A stretch of DNA of 64,000 nucleotides from Amphiscolops sp. MND2022 (lineage: Eukaryota), in assembly GCA_964187785.1 (NCBI GenBank), contig OZ076414.1, positions 47,864,001-47,928,000 on the forward strand, written 5' to 3'. Positions 1 through 11,673 of the stretch are shown here, in pieces. A program made the position numbers and the translations under genes. Under the pieces are notes generated by a model. It was not told the origin of the DNA and searched no databases. It worked only from the letters and a program-made list of their open reading frames with translations. The first letter of the stretch is position 1. Every line of letters starts with the position of its first letter.

Positions 1-790
1 ATGTTCTCGAGTGGACCTGGTGTTTACGGGAATGCGAGAACTTTGCAAAAAACTTGCAAAAAGTCGGAAACAAAAGTTTTTTGCAACAAAAAGATGCCCA
101 CACAAATTACCGACGACTTTAACGTAAGTTCCGTCGCCCGCAAATAATTGCTTACCAAATTACTGAAATTGGGTCAATAGTGCCGCCTATGTGGACAAGT
201 TAGCTAGAAATAACAATGGAGTCAAGAGTTTATCGGTTGCAGTGGATGTGTTTTTAGGATTTTCACGTGTTGTACCAATGCGATCAAAAAATGCTAAAGC
301 TTTCGAAAAGATGATAGAAAGTGCAATTGCAAAAAGTTTTTTCAGACAAGCTAGCTGAATTTGAAAGAGCATTCCAAAATCTTTGTGACAAAGGAATAAC
401 AGCATACACAACTGACAGCGAAACAAAGTTTCCTTAAAATTGATTTGAACAGAGAGACACATGTAAAACAAATGGACAAATCATTACATCAGCAAGCTCA
501 ATGTGTCGGCACAATAAACTCACGCGTGAATCGTTTAGCAAAGATGGCCCCAAACAAAGGTACAAGAAGCAGGAGTCCTATTTGTGATTCTAGTTGCAGG
601 CCAGTCAAACATTTGTCAAGTATCCAAAGTTCATTCTCTGCGATATCGTTCGAATAGTCAAACAAGATTTTCAACAAACGATAAATTGCTCTCTGCAAAT
701 GAACTCCATGGCATCAAGGCCTTTATTGAAACTGAAGTTTCCCACAACAAACGAGCAAAAAAAATTGGTTGGAATATCAGGGTTACCTTT
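1..790 (+). pseudogene. Degenerate Maverick/Polinton retroviral-like integrase
   Basis: Manual translation across stops and frameshifts gives ..HTNYRRL*RKFRRPQIIAYQITEIGSI / AYVDKLARNNNGVKSLSVAVDVFLGFSRVVPMRSKNAKAFEKMI.. and later PKFILCDIVRIVKQDF. These match my recollection of the Maverick integrase pattern (first catalytic Asp region, 'VDVFS', C-terminal 'KF..GD.VRI.K'). Confidence 0.7.
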
Positions 791-1395
791 ATGAATCCAA
801 CCCTCTCAGCCAAATTTTGACAGCTTTCACTAGAAAGAAGCTAAAACAAGGTGTTCATCGTTCAAAGCTTTCATTGAAAGAGTTGCCTCTGATTTTTTCA
901 CCTGTGAAAAACCTCTTGTGGGTGGTGAGAATATCTTTCCTTCAAACAAGGCCCGAATTTTGCGTTACTGAAGACGACGCAGGCAAAGGCTACAGTGTTA
1001 AAAAATTACTCTGACTGAAAATGCCTATTCAGCAAATGAAACTTCGGCGAAAGCCATTTCTCAATATCGTTACACTGAGAATATTCCAGCGGCATTTTTC
1101 GGGCAAACGTAACCCGTACTGCTCGAAAATTAGAATTGATTTGGTGAACTGTGCTTTCGAAGCCGACCAAAGGTGAAAGAGACGACTTTGGTACCCATGT
1201 ACGGCAAAAGTCTACCACAAGATGATTTGCAGAGTATGGTTGACAAATTAGTTAATACTGTTTACATTCACCGCTTCGGGACGCGGAAGGTTGTTGGAGA
1301 AAATTATATAGCTGGATGGGAACTTTGCGACGTTCACCCCGAGTCGTGGATCTTCCTATCTGGCCAGTCCGACCGAATGGGATGCATCCTACTTG

Positions 1396-1668
1396 TTATT
1401 ATTTTCCGCCCACCTATAATGGGGGGATTATATTCTGTGTCGCGTTTTTGTTTCCAAATTCTGCCAAATCTCCCAGTTTCTTCGTCGACATCACTTACAT
1501 TTACTTGACTATTTCAGTTACTTGACTATTCGAATTACTTGACTATTTTAGTTACTATGTCTCAGTTTTATCCGCCTCTCAGACAGTAGTTAGTGGGTTC
1601 GAATCTTGCCTCCGTCAGACTATTTTGAGAAGCCGGAAAATATCCCGATGCTCAGCGGTCGTCTTGTT
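1396..1668 (+). mobile_element. Non-autonomous Helentron-associated (HINE/DINE-1-like) element, copy 1
   Basis: Subterminal inverted repeat TATTTTCCG (1400-1408) / CGGAAAATA (1634-1642), internal TTACTTGACTATT tandem repeat, 3' short stem-loop ending CTTGTT. Homologous copies at ~6600 and 44156-44500. Confidence 0.55.
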
Positions 1669-1799
1669 AAAGATTAGAAATGATCACAATTGTTTCTTGT
1701 AGCTTTACAGCAGCGTGGCACCCGGTGAGAACGGACCTTTAGATTATGTGGTTAGTGAATTGCTCAGAGAAGCAGTCCGGCCACTAATTTCAGGTGTAA

Positions 1800-2240
1800 T
1801 CGATTTTCTCATTAGGCAACTGGTTAAATTGAAATGCCGATAGACTTCAGACAAGCTGAGCTTCGAAAAATTGAACAATTGCAAAATCAATGCGTTCCGG
1901 TATAGCAAAAACAACTCGTGTTCCTGCGAATAACACGCAAAACCAAGGACAACCTTGAAATTGACCTCTTGCTGGTAGATGATGGACAAGAACATCAATA
2001 TTATCTGACACTGTCTCTTCTGAGGCTTGTTAACCTTGTCAGGGGAACTACCGTGTTGTATCAAAGAGTCCTCTGCAGAAACTACTTTTCGCCTCTTCAT
2101 GAATGGAAAAATTACAAACGACACTGTGATAGTTGTTTTCAACATGAAGCGGCTGTCACATCATACCACCACCAGGAAAAAAACACAACCAGGATTTCAA
2201 AATTTTGCAGCTACTTGGTTTCCAGTCCTTTCTGATAATT
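1800..2240 (+). pseudogene. Fragment of Maverick/Polinton protein-primed DNA polymerase B N-terminal region
   Basis: FEKLNNCKINAFRYSKKQLVFLRIT..IDLLLVDDGQEHQYYL..VLCRNYF..HCDSC resembles the 'FEK.N.I.INVF..DLLL..HY..C..C..H..C' region of Maverick PolB. It lies close to the integrase remnant. Confidence 0.55.
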
Positions 2241-3389
2241 CCTCAAACTAGGGCTTTCATTATGTGTTTTTACGTTCGCAAGTTCATACCTGGTTTCAAG
2301 ATTGATGTTAATCCACCAACGGATGAAAAATATATTAATTTTCCAGTTGGAGTACCTATCCGAACTTATCCAGACAAAAGTAGTTACAAAGACAGTATTC
2401 GAGTGTTCATGGTTCATCGATTTGTACCGATTAGTGACAGCATCGCTGGAGAACTTTCCTGGAAAGTTGCCAGAAAATTTTTTAAAACACTAGATAGATG
2501 CTTCGCTAGTTATATTTCCGGCAAATTTTAAATCCGAACTATAAATTACTTCATGATCTTGACCTAATCGAATTGGAAGCTACACATGAATTTTCTTACG
2601 AAATTTTCGCACTCATTTTCTGAAATAAAAGTGCAAATGTTTTGCAAATCAGAGAATTCTTCCTGAGTGCCAAGAAGTTGTTTCCAAAGAAAGTTATTTA
2701 TTGCAATTAGATGTAATTGAACAGACTGATAATACTAGTATTGAATAGGAAAAATGCAATTCAGTGAGTACAAGTGATGGGTACCGTATGATCCAAATTC
2801 ATAAGGCTTCCATGCAATTCCATGAAATGATCCTTCAGGCATGAGAAACGTCTTTTGGTGGCTGAAAAATGGGAAAACCCGAAGAGGGACCCTTTTGTGA
2901 AAAAAACTTGCTTCTAAAATGACACACAATGCCCGGGAAAATTGCTAAAGGAACGTGAACAAACTCTGTTGAAAAGTGGACCATGCGCGTACAATTTGTG
3001 GTCTTACGAAAAAACTGGTCTTAGTAATAAACTGGTGCATTTCTTACCAAATGCGCTGACGAAAGAACTCACTTATCAACGAATGATCTGCCCCAAACTT
3101 TTTCAGCGACAACTTTTTTACAGGGCTCGAGTGTAGACAATTCATCACTAAGTTTAGCTTCATCACAAGAAAAGTTTGACGGTTTCTTGTATATCTTTGT
3201 GGATATCCATATTTACAAAAGCTATCAAAGATGGTACAAAAACTATTCTGAAACGTGGAGAAATTCTTTAGTTTTCAAATTAATTGCCTCAGGTAATTGG
3301 CTTTCAAGAATTCCATTTTTCAAACAGTTCAACGGTTGGTTTAATTTATCGTCCAATATTGTTCTGAAGATTTTGAATGAATAGGATAC

Positions 3390-5029
3390 GGCGTACGGCG
3401 ACAACTCACATCAAACGACAACTCATGTCAATTTAAAAAAGCGACAACTCATCAAGCGATAACTCATATGAATCAAAACTCATATCAGTAAATTAGAATC
3501 TACATACTAAAATTCTATCCAAATAATTGATTAGATCATCAGGGGAAATTAGTTAAATTGATAAGTAATTATTAAAAATTATAAAATAGTAGCAAGATTT
3601 ACACTAAATATCAGTATAACGGATAATCACTTCCTTATCACACCCACCTTTGAGCAGAGCGCATAAAATGAGAAATAATTAGTGTTGGGATCTCGAACTC
3701 CCGGGATCCCGAGCAATTTTAGGGTCCCAGGATTTACATCGCGGGCTCCCGGGATTGCTGGCAACTTGTAAAAATTGTTACAACTTGGGAATATTTCAGA
3801 TATGAGTGCATCTGTATACTGGGCGCATTACGAGCGACTGGACAGAGACCGCAAAGTGTTCACAGTGTGTGAAGCAGGTGAAAACGCTTGGAGTTAGCAA
3901 AAAATTGTTAAAGTCGCATCTCCAGGTGAAGCACGGTGCAGCATTTGGAGCATTGACAGCATCGAGGGAGAGCGGTCCGTCAGCATCACCGTCATCCAGC
4001 GCACCGAAGAAGAAGAAATTCCAAGCTACAATTACTGAGTCGTTTGAGCGAGATACACATCCTCTTGAGCTGCCAATTGCTGGTTTCTGAGCTTGATGGA
4101 TTAGCGGACGCACAGTTCGAAAACAATATGGTAGCTAAACTCTCACAACGGCTTAGCGAAGAGCGATCAGTTCTGTGGAAGGTATGTAAATTTTTGCAGA
4201 CATCCGACATCGATGGAGGTACTACTAGCCGAACGGACGAAAGCAAAAATGAGATTGTACACGCGATTGTGAAGTTGTGGTACAACGTCCGCATCCCGGA
4301 GTCAAGGACAGAGATTATTGAATCAGTACAAGAACATGGGGCACTGCCGGAGATTTCGTTTTAAAAAAGCTCCACATGATCGGAAAGCCGACAATTTGAC
4401 CCCTTCAACGTCTCCTAGTGAAGAGTACATCCGTGGGCGAAGTTAAACGAGAGGTAAACTTCTTTATTACCAATGGCGCGAAGGGCTTATTCTCACAAAA
4501 GTTGAGGGGTGGATCGTTTCCGTCCTGCCGGCATCAGTGGAAGCTGAGCGATGCTTTTCGGCAGCGGGCTTCTTTGCCCCAAAGCTGAGAACGCACATGG
4601 GAGACGAACTGCTCTCTGCATTGCAGGAGCTTAGGGCATATTTCAACGCTGAAGCCAAGTGACTACCATATCAGTGACACTTGTGTTCCAACATGTCAAA
4701 AATCACATTGTTTTAATTAAAAACCGGTTTTCATAAAATGCCGGGATCGGCGCCGCGAAAATCCCGAATCCCGGCATTTAAAAAATGAGCGGGATTTCCC
4801 AACACTAGAAATAATTCCAAATAAACTTTGGAATTTCTAATTGCAGCAAATTATGAATTGCACTTGAGGTTGAATTTAAGTATTTGTAACATAATGGCAA
4901 ACCTGATACGATTTGTCGCTTTTTCTGAATTGATATGACTTATCGCTTGATATGCTTTGTCGCTTTTTCAAATTGATATGAGTTATCGCCTGATATGAGT
5001 TGTCGCCTGACATGAGTTGTCGCTATGCC
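3390..5029. mobile_element. Non-autonomous TIR DNA transposon (MITE-like) with repeated CGACAACTCA subterminal motifs
   Basis: Left end GGCGTACGGCGACAACTCA.. versus reverse-complemented right end GGCATAGCGACAACTCA..; multiple (C)GACAACTCA/GATAACTCA copies inverted between the two ends. Flanks AGGATAC/AGGATAG form an imperfect TSD. Confidence 0.65.
3680..4807 (+). mobile_element. Internally deleted hAT transposon nested in the MITE
   Basis: 11-bp TIR TAGTGTTGGGA; perfect 8-bp TSD GAAATAAT (3672-3679, 4808-4815); BED-finger remnant CSQC..HLQVKH; hAT C-terminal motif SVLPASVEAERCFSAAG..KLRTHMGDELLSAL (~4520-4640). Confidence 0.9.
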
Positions 5030-6599
5030 AGGATAGGAAACTTTGAATATGGACTTGAATGCGGATGCTCTTGAGCATTTTCATTTTACGTTTTTTGAGG
5101 AGGTACTTTTGCTGGATTTTGTGCGCTATGATATCGAAAAGCAAAAGACAGCTTATATCACCGGCGAAATCTTTAAGAACATCTTTCTTTAGGAATACCT
5201 TTGAAAAAAGGCTCTGAAATGTCTCAGTTTTTTATCAAAAATCATTGATTCTTTACTTTGAAATCGAAAGAAAAATTAAAATATATTACGTGATATCTTC
5301 AGGAGTTTTGAAATTTTCCACGCAATGTCTCAAAAACAAACTGGTAAGAACAACCTCCAGCGATCATTTTTGTAACCTTCAGACCCTTTTTAAACATTCA
5401 TCTATAACTCCTTTTTCGGAAAATTCTCTCTTTAAAAATGAACAGTCAAAAACAGTTGTATTTCCGTCAAAACAATATTTTTACTTAGTAAAAATTGTAG
5501 AAGTCACGATTTGTGATAATTTTTTGGTGTAAAGTCTTTGGAAGGGCGTCTTTATAGATAGTGGTAGTTGCTGAACTTGAAGATCTGAGTCAACGATAAA
5601 AAGTTTGCCTCGGGTAATTTTTGTTACGAACAGCAGTCCTCGAGATATTGCATGATAAATTTCAGATTATGCCAAATATGCTAAGTAGTTTTGTACGCTA
5701 TAGATTTTTAGTTTTTGATATCAAAAACGCTGCTGTCGTTCAGGTTAAATGTAGAAATTTTTGCTCCAGGGACGTGTCAAAAATTCATTGCGATTTGAAA
5801 TGTTTCGTTAGCGAAATTGGGTGTCTGTAGCTTTTTGGTACCCAGAGTATTTTTTCGACTTCATTCGATGATTTGCCACATTTGCCCAATTTACACCACT
5901 TTGAAGGTCGTACAGCTCCTTGAAGCAAACTAATATGGACTATTTTCCGATTTAAATTTCTTTTGATCTTTTTCAACGCTCCAAAAACTCACGAAATGTT
6001 TTTTTATCAAGTTCCCAACCACATCAGAATCTGTTGTTTTTTTTATTCTTCGGGCCTTTTTGTCAAATAATTTGTTTTCTCATTCTATCTGCTCATGAAA
6101 GTGGAATTTGTTTGTGTCATGAAATTGTCGCAAGCACTCGAAAAAATTGTATGCTGAATTCTCAAGAACATGATAATCTTAAACGTTATATTTATTGGCT
6201 CTTTTGAAAACTCAAGGTCAGAAGTTCAGTTGCAACTGGCGTCAATGAAGGATACCTTGCTCTCCAATTCTACAAAGAATGTGATACTTCTGAAAGTTTC
6301 AGCAGTCTGCTTGTCAAAGAATGAAAGATAGCTGCGTCTTTTAGAAATGTCTGTTATAGTTTTGCCGATCCTTCTGTGTATTTCACCCAAACATTGCTTG
6401 TGAGAACTTCCCACGAAGTTTCTTGGCCTTCATAATTAGTGATTTTTCTGGGTTTGGGTTTTTCCAGAATCCCAACAGATCAATTTTATGGAGCCCATCT
6501 TGTGACGTCACTGCCAATTTGACTTCCATGACTCCCAGACCGTATCTGACCTAAAACAAAGCGTGGATTACAGACTCTCCTTTAAGATTTCTATTAAAG

Positions 6600-6760
6600 T
6601 AAATGGAGGAGGAAAATCATGATCTGCGTTGCGTTTTTTTCCAAATTCTGCCAAATCTCCCAGTTTTACCTCACTTAGAGTTTCTTGACTATTTAGTTAC
6701 TTTACTATTCTAGTTACTTAGTAAAATCTAGTAAAATCTAGTTACTTAGTAAAATCCGCT
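6600..6760 (+). mobile_element. Partial HINE-like copy 2
   Basis: Shares GCGTT..TTTTCCAAATTCTGCCAAATCTCCCAGTTT with the 1.4-kb copy and the 5' block with the 44.4-kb copy. Followed by a different tandem repeat (TAGTAAAATC). Confidence 0.5.
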
Positions 6761-6832
6761 CCAGGACTGGCATGTTCTTGCCGAAGAGTACAGTTTGGGA
6801 GAGGACATGGTTGTCTAATGTCAGCTAAATAC

Positions 6833-8012
6833 TGTAGGAATTAGAACTACTTTAGCTTAATATCAATATAATAGAATGTAACCAAAGAAAAACACATTCA
6901 TAGAGAGAAAATCACGTGGCTTTTTCAGGGAAAATATTATTCTGACATATTGATGACACGGCCATTTTCAACAGCTACGGACTACCGTACGCCGCAAAAT
7001 TTACCATTACGAAATGAAGCTCAAAGAACAATACTAAAATGCCTAAGCAAGTTTTTAGATAAACGGAATTTAACTCCAGTGGAATTTCTACTCAAATACC
7101 ACTTTGAAAATAGGTATGTGACTTGAAATTTCAATGGCTTTATTAACAATAAAACACTTATTGTGTATCGTCAAATAACTACGAAGATGTCGTAATTCAT
7201 TAAGACGTTTCACTAACGCGCTCATGCTGTAAGTTACCCGCAATTAACACACTAAGTGAATAAGTAGTCCAATCAGCTTACAGCACTGACCAATGAATTA
7301 CGTCGCGTTTACGTCACTCACTCGATAAGAATGAAAGAATAGTTAACGTCGCGTTAACGTCACTCACTCAATAAGAATGAAAGAATAGTCAACGTCGCGT
7401 TTACGTCACTCACTCAATAAGAATGAAAGAGTAGTTAACGTCGTGTTTACGTCACTCGCTCAATAAGAATGAAAGAATAGTTAACGTCGCGTTTACGTCA
7501 CGCTTGTGTTGCTCACTTAATGAGAATGGAATAATAGCCAACGTCACAACTACGTCACTGTTTTACTAGTCAGAATACAACATGCCACGTCAACGCTACG
7601 TCAAATGTAATCGTATTTATTAACCAGTCTCATCAAAGGATGCGTTCATATAATTTCGTATGGATAACTCGCTATTTCTTAGGACATTTCGAATTGCACT
7701 AATGTCATTCCGAAAGATTTGATGCACGATACTCGTAAAATAATCAAGGTCATAGTTTATTGATAACTAATACCACACAACTCAAAACCCCGCTTTATTC
7801 TAATGATTCAGAAACCTAATCGTCGTTTTGAAGCTTAAAATATGTTGAATTGATGTTGTCTGGAATTGGTTATTCGTTGTGTTAAACCTATTTTCTGGGA
7901 GACTGACCCGGTACCGAAAGACGTCTCATTAACGTTGCTATTTCAGTGAAGTTTAAAAAAACTGCACGTCATGCGTGCGTCAGCATAGTGTTATTTTCCT
8001 GTAACTCCTATA
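6833..8012 (-). mobile_element. Probable solo LTR (~1.18 kb)
   Basis: Short imperfect terminal inverted repeats TGTAGGAATTA / TAACTCCTATA and an internal 46-bp tandem array. No clean TSD found, so the boundaries and strand are tentative. Confidence 0.35.
7299..7501. repeat. 46-bp tandem repeat, ~4.4 copies
   Basis: Unit AACGTCGCGTTTACGTCACTCACTCAATAAGAATGAAAGAATAGTT; CGTCG at 7301, 7347, 7393, 7439, 7485. Confidence 0.95.
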
Positions 8013-9657
8013 ATCTTAATCATCGATGAGTATATCAAAGTGTAAATCTCCTTGTCGAAGACGAAACATCATTTCTTTCTAGTATCAAACCAAGGACAAT
8101 TCGTAAAATAAAAATCTTCCTGCAATTTCATGAATATTTCTCTTTCACTAATACTGACTATATTTTTCACGTAACCAGCGAATTTTAATGTCTCCCGCCA
8201 CATCGCGATAAAGTTTGGTTGTTTCGGTGATAATGAAGGATAAAAGTGAATCACATTTCCGGTTTAGCTACTTTTCCTCGCGAAATATTTTCCTTTTTGA
8301 AGGAACTTCCCGCATAAGTGACAGGAAGTTTGTCGCGATCATGATGCTACTTGTGAAATGTTTTGAGATTGTTCTTACTTTTCCCGGATATGACGAATGT
8401 TTGGCGCTCCATCGGGGACGCCCGCATGAACGTATCTATACGTAGGAAAAAGAGGAGATTTCACTTAAAGGAAAAAATCCCGTTGCTTAGCGGGCGTCTT
8501 GTATGTACATGCCTCGTGGAATTGAATACCAACACGATGTCAAGAAATAATATCTGGCAAAAAATAAACCGTTTCCGCGTGTTAGTAAAGCATATCAGAT
8601 GTTGAAGGAACAACCAATAGTAATGTTTAGCTTGGTACAGCAAATCTCAACCGAAGTGAACGAAATGGTAGCTTGAATGCACGCTCTTTTTGCAGGCAAC
8701 GTATACACTGATATTGGCACTACTTTGTCCGTTCACACATCGATAACTTCTCGCTTCATTTTGTATATATAACAAAACTTTGCTTCACTTGGCAGCTAAT
8801 ATGGTTCACATTGCTTGTGATTGTGAAGTACTTTCAATTTGGAGGCATGTGCAAGTCTCAAAATTTTGAACAATAGCTGAAATTGTTCACTAAGCATTTG
8901 ATATGTTTCAGTGAACGCGGAAACGTTGTTTCATTGCAACAGCCAACAAGAGAAGACTTTGAACAAAACAATTCTGCTCCAAACCAAGTGAAGCAAAGTA
9001 GATTTTGAATAAATCTAAACATCTGACAAACGATCAGAAGTCAATCAAAAGTTTAGTCAGCTCACTCTCAAATTTAAATTACACCAATCTTAATCAAAAT
9101 GGAGAAGATTTCAGTTCAATTCAATACCGAAGCGCGTTGACAGCCAATTAAAAACGACTTAAAACAGAAGTAATTCAATTCCGACGCAAGTGAATCTAGT
9201 GAAGAGTGAACAAATTTTTGGCAATAAAATGTTCAATCAACTCAATCTCAATTTGAAATGGATAGAGAAACACTTCAAATGAAAATTGCTGAATGAAAAG
9301 AGACGTGGCTGTTGTTGGACGCATAAGGCTTGTTCGTCACGGATGAAGTTTTCTCTTTCGCTGCTTACCAAAAGGTTATATTCTCAGCAATTCATTCATT
9401 CAAATTGGAACTAATTCAAATTAATTGTATTGCTTCATTTTCTTCCCTTCTCAGCTAGAGCTCACAGCAAGTATTATTCTTTCAGTTCAGTCATTGTGGA
9501 AATTCAAAGCTACGCTAGAATACGGTTAGAATACGGCTCATTTTTATTGGTCGATTCACTTGATTTGTAAAGGCGAAGTAAAATAGAAAAACTTGGAATG
9601 ACGTCTAGAAGTAAAACAAAGGTAGCTGTTGTTGGTCACAAAAAGCTTACTCGTCAC

Positions 9658-10116
9658 CAGAGTTGTAAAAGTTTATATTGTATTACAATATATTCCAATT
9701 AAATACAATTAATATATTTATTTAGTTGGAGCAAAAATACAATATATTTATTGAAATAAGGCAAACATTGTCAGAGCTCTACAAGATATTGCGCAGAAAA
9801 ATTATTGCAAAATAGAAATAAAATTTCCTTTAATATGCATTTTAAACGGACTATAGAAGTGAAAGACTATTAAGGGAAAAATTCACTAAGCTTTTCGCTT
9901 CCTATTCGAGAGTGTAGTCTTTCTTTATACAAATAAACAACATTGGGATGTTTGCCTTGTAAATGAATGTTTCTCTGCCAATAAAATATTTCACAATCTA
10001 TTGTATTTCTAGAATATTGCAGGACAATAATTTCCTTTATTGCTGAAATTGAATCAAACTATATTTATTTATTTTTTTTGCAAAAATCAATTTTAATACA
10101 ATATTTCACACCCCTG
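9658..10116. mobile_element. hAT-type MITE (459 bp)
   Basis: Imperfect TIRs CAGAGTTGTAAAA / (rc) CAGGGGTGTGAAA; perfect 8-bp TSD CTCGTCAC (9650-9657, 10117-10124); no ORF. Confidence 0.85.
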
Positions 10117-10355
10117 CTCGTCACTGTTCAAGTTTACCCGCTGTCTACTGAATTAGGATATTCTTGGCAAATGAATCTGCCAAATCGGAATTTAGATCGT
10201 CTAAATTGAAATTGTGTTGCCTCGGTTTCTTTCATTCGCAGCAAAATTTCTCTGTTTCACACCTACTAAGTCAGAAGAGGGACCAAGTGGCGTGAAGTAA
10301 GTCTGTTAGAAAGTGGACCATTGAGCAGCATTCTTTTGACTGGAGAAAAAACTCG

Positions 10356-10873
10356 TGTCGCCGGCTTACCCGTGCGAGATGTCCGGAGTGCAACATCGAT
10401 GAAGCAGTCAACGCTGCTTACCCATCATAATGGTTGTCTACCCGAATATGGACCAGAACTTGATAAACATTTCAAACTTTGAACTTAAACAATGCTTGTT
10501 ATTGTTCGTTGATAAAATGTTGCTTGTAGTTGTACATTTCATCTAAAATGATGATTGTTGAACGTCGTTATTGTTGCTTTTGTTTCACTCATAGGGTGTG
10601 TTGATCAATTGAAAAAAACAACAGGAAAGGTAACGTCAAAGTTATCAAAACAGTGCTAAATCTTTGTTTTATCATCTTAAATGGTAGAAAGGAATTAGAT
10701 CCAATGGTCCTATATATCTTTGCTACATTTAATTATTTGTAGTTCAATCATGAGGAAAACAGTCAAAAACGGCACGATGATCCACTTAAAAATCAGCTTG
10801 ATACTTTAGTACGTTTATTTGATACTGATTATGCAGCATTATGCAGTTTTCATAAAACAGCATATGCGGTTTT
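10356..10873 (+). repeat. ~520-bp direct repeat, copy 1 (copy 2 = 15933-16452)
   Basis: Near-identical from TGTCGCCGGCTTACC to CATATGCGGTTTT. Confidence 0.97.
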
Positions 10874-11560
10874 CAGAAGAAAACAGCATAAGAAGAAACC
10901 AGTATGCGGTTTTCAGAAGAAAACAGCATAAGAAGAAACCAGTATGCGGTTTTCAGAAGAAAACAGCATAAGAAGAAACCAGTATGCGGTTTTCAGAAGA
11001 AAACAGCATAAGAAGAAACCAGTATGCGGTTTTCAGAAGAAAACAGCATAAGAAGAAACCAGTATGCGGTTTTCAGAAGAAAACAGCATAAGAAGAAATC
11101 AGTATGCGGTTTTCAAAAGAAAACAGCATGAGAGGAAATCAGCATGCGGCTTTCACGTGAAAACAGCATAAAAAACAAACTATACCGTCTATACCGTTTT
11201 TTGGAGAAGACGGCATAGAAGGATGCATTACAGGACTCGGAAGAAAACAGCATAAGAAGAAATCAGCACACTGTTTTAAAGAGAAAACAGCATAAGAAGA
11301 AAATCAGTATGCAACCCGCAAATAAAACAGCAGAAGAAGAAATAATTACGTGATTTCGAAAGAGAACGACATATAAGAAAAGATTATGCGGCCTACGAAA
11401 AACAATATGCCGTGTATTGAAAGAAACAGCATGACAGAGTACAGATTATCCTGTTAGGCTGTATGATGAAAATAGACAAAGTACAACAAAATTCTGGCAT
11501 TTTTTATGCTGCCTCATGCGGATTTCATAACACAGCATAGAGACATAATATGCTATAGTA
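10863..11560. repeat. 40-bp tandem satellite (about 6.5 near-perfect copies, then degenerate), internally palindromic
   Basis: Unit TATGCGGTTTTCAGAAGAAAACAGCATAAGAAGAAACCAG with period 40 (10863, 10903 ... 11103). TATGC/GCATA and GTTTTC/GAAAAC are inverted within each unit. Confidence 0.95.
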
Positions 11561-11673
11561 TGTAGTACTCCCTGCAACAGTACGTCAGATAAATCGAGTT
11601 GAAACAACTTATTACACAAATCTAGTATGGAAATTTAGAAATGAGGCATTAAAGGAATAATGAGAATACTTAC

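Noticed and set aside
6833-8012. TSD for the putative solo LTR
   Set aside because: The flanks (AATAC versus ATCTT) do not match, so the LTR call is low-confidence only.
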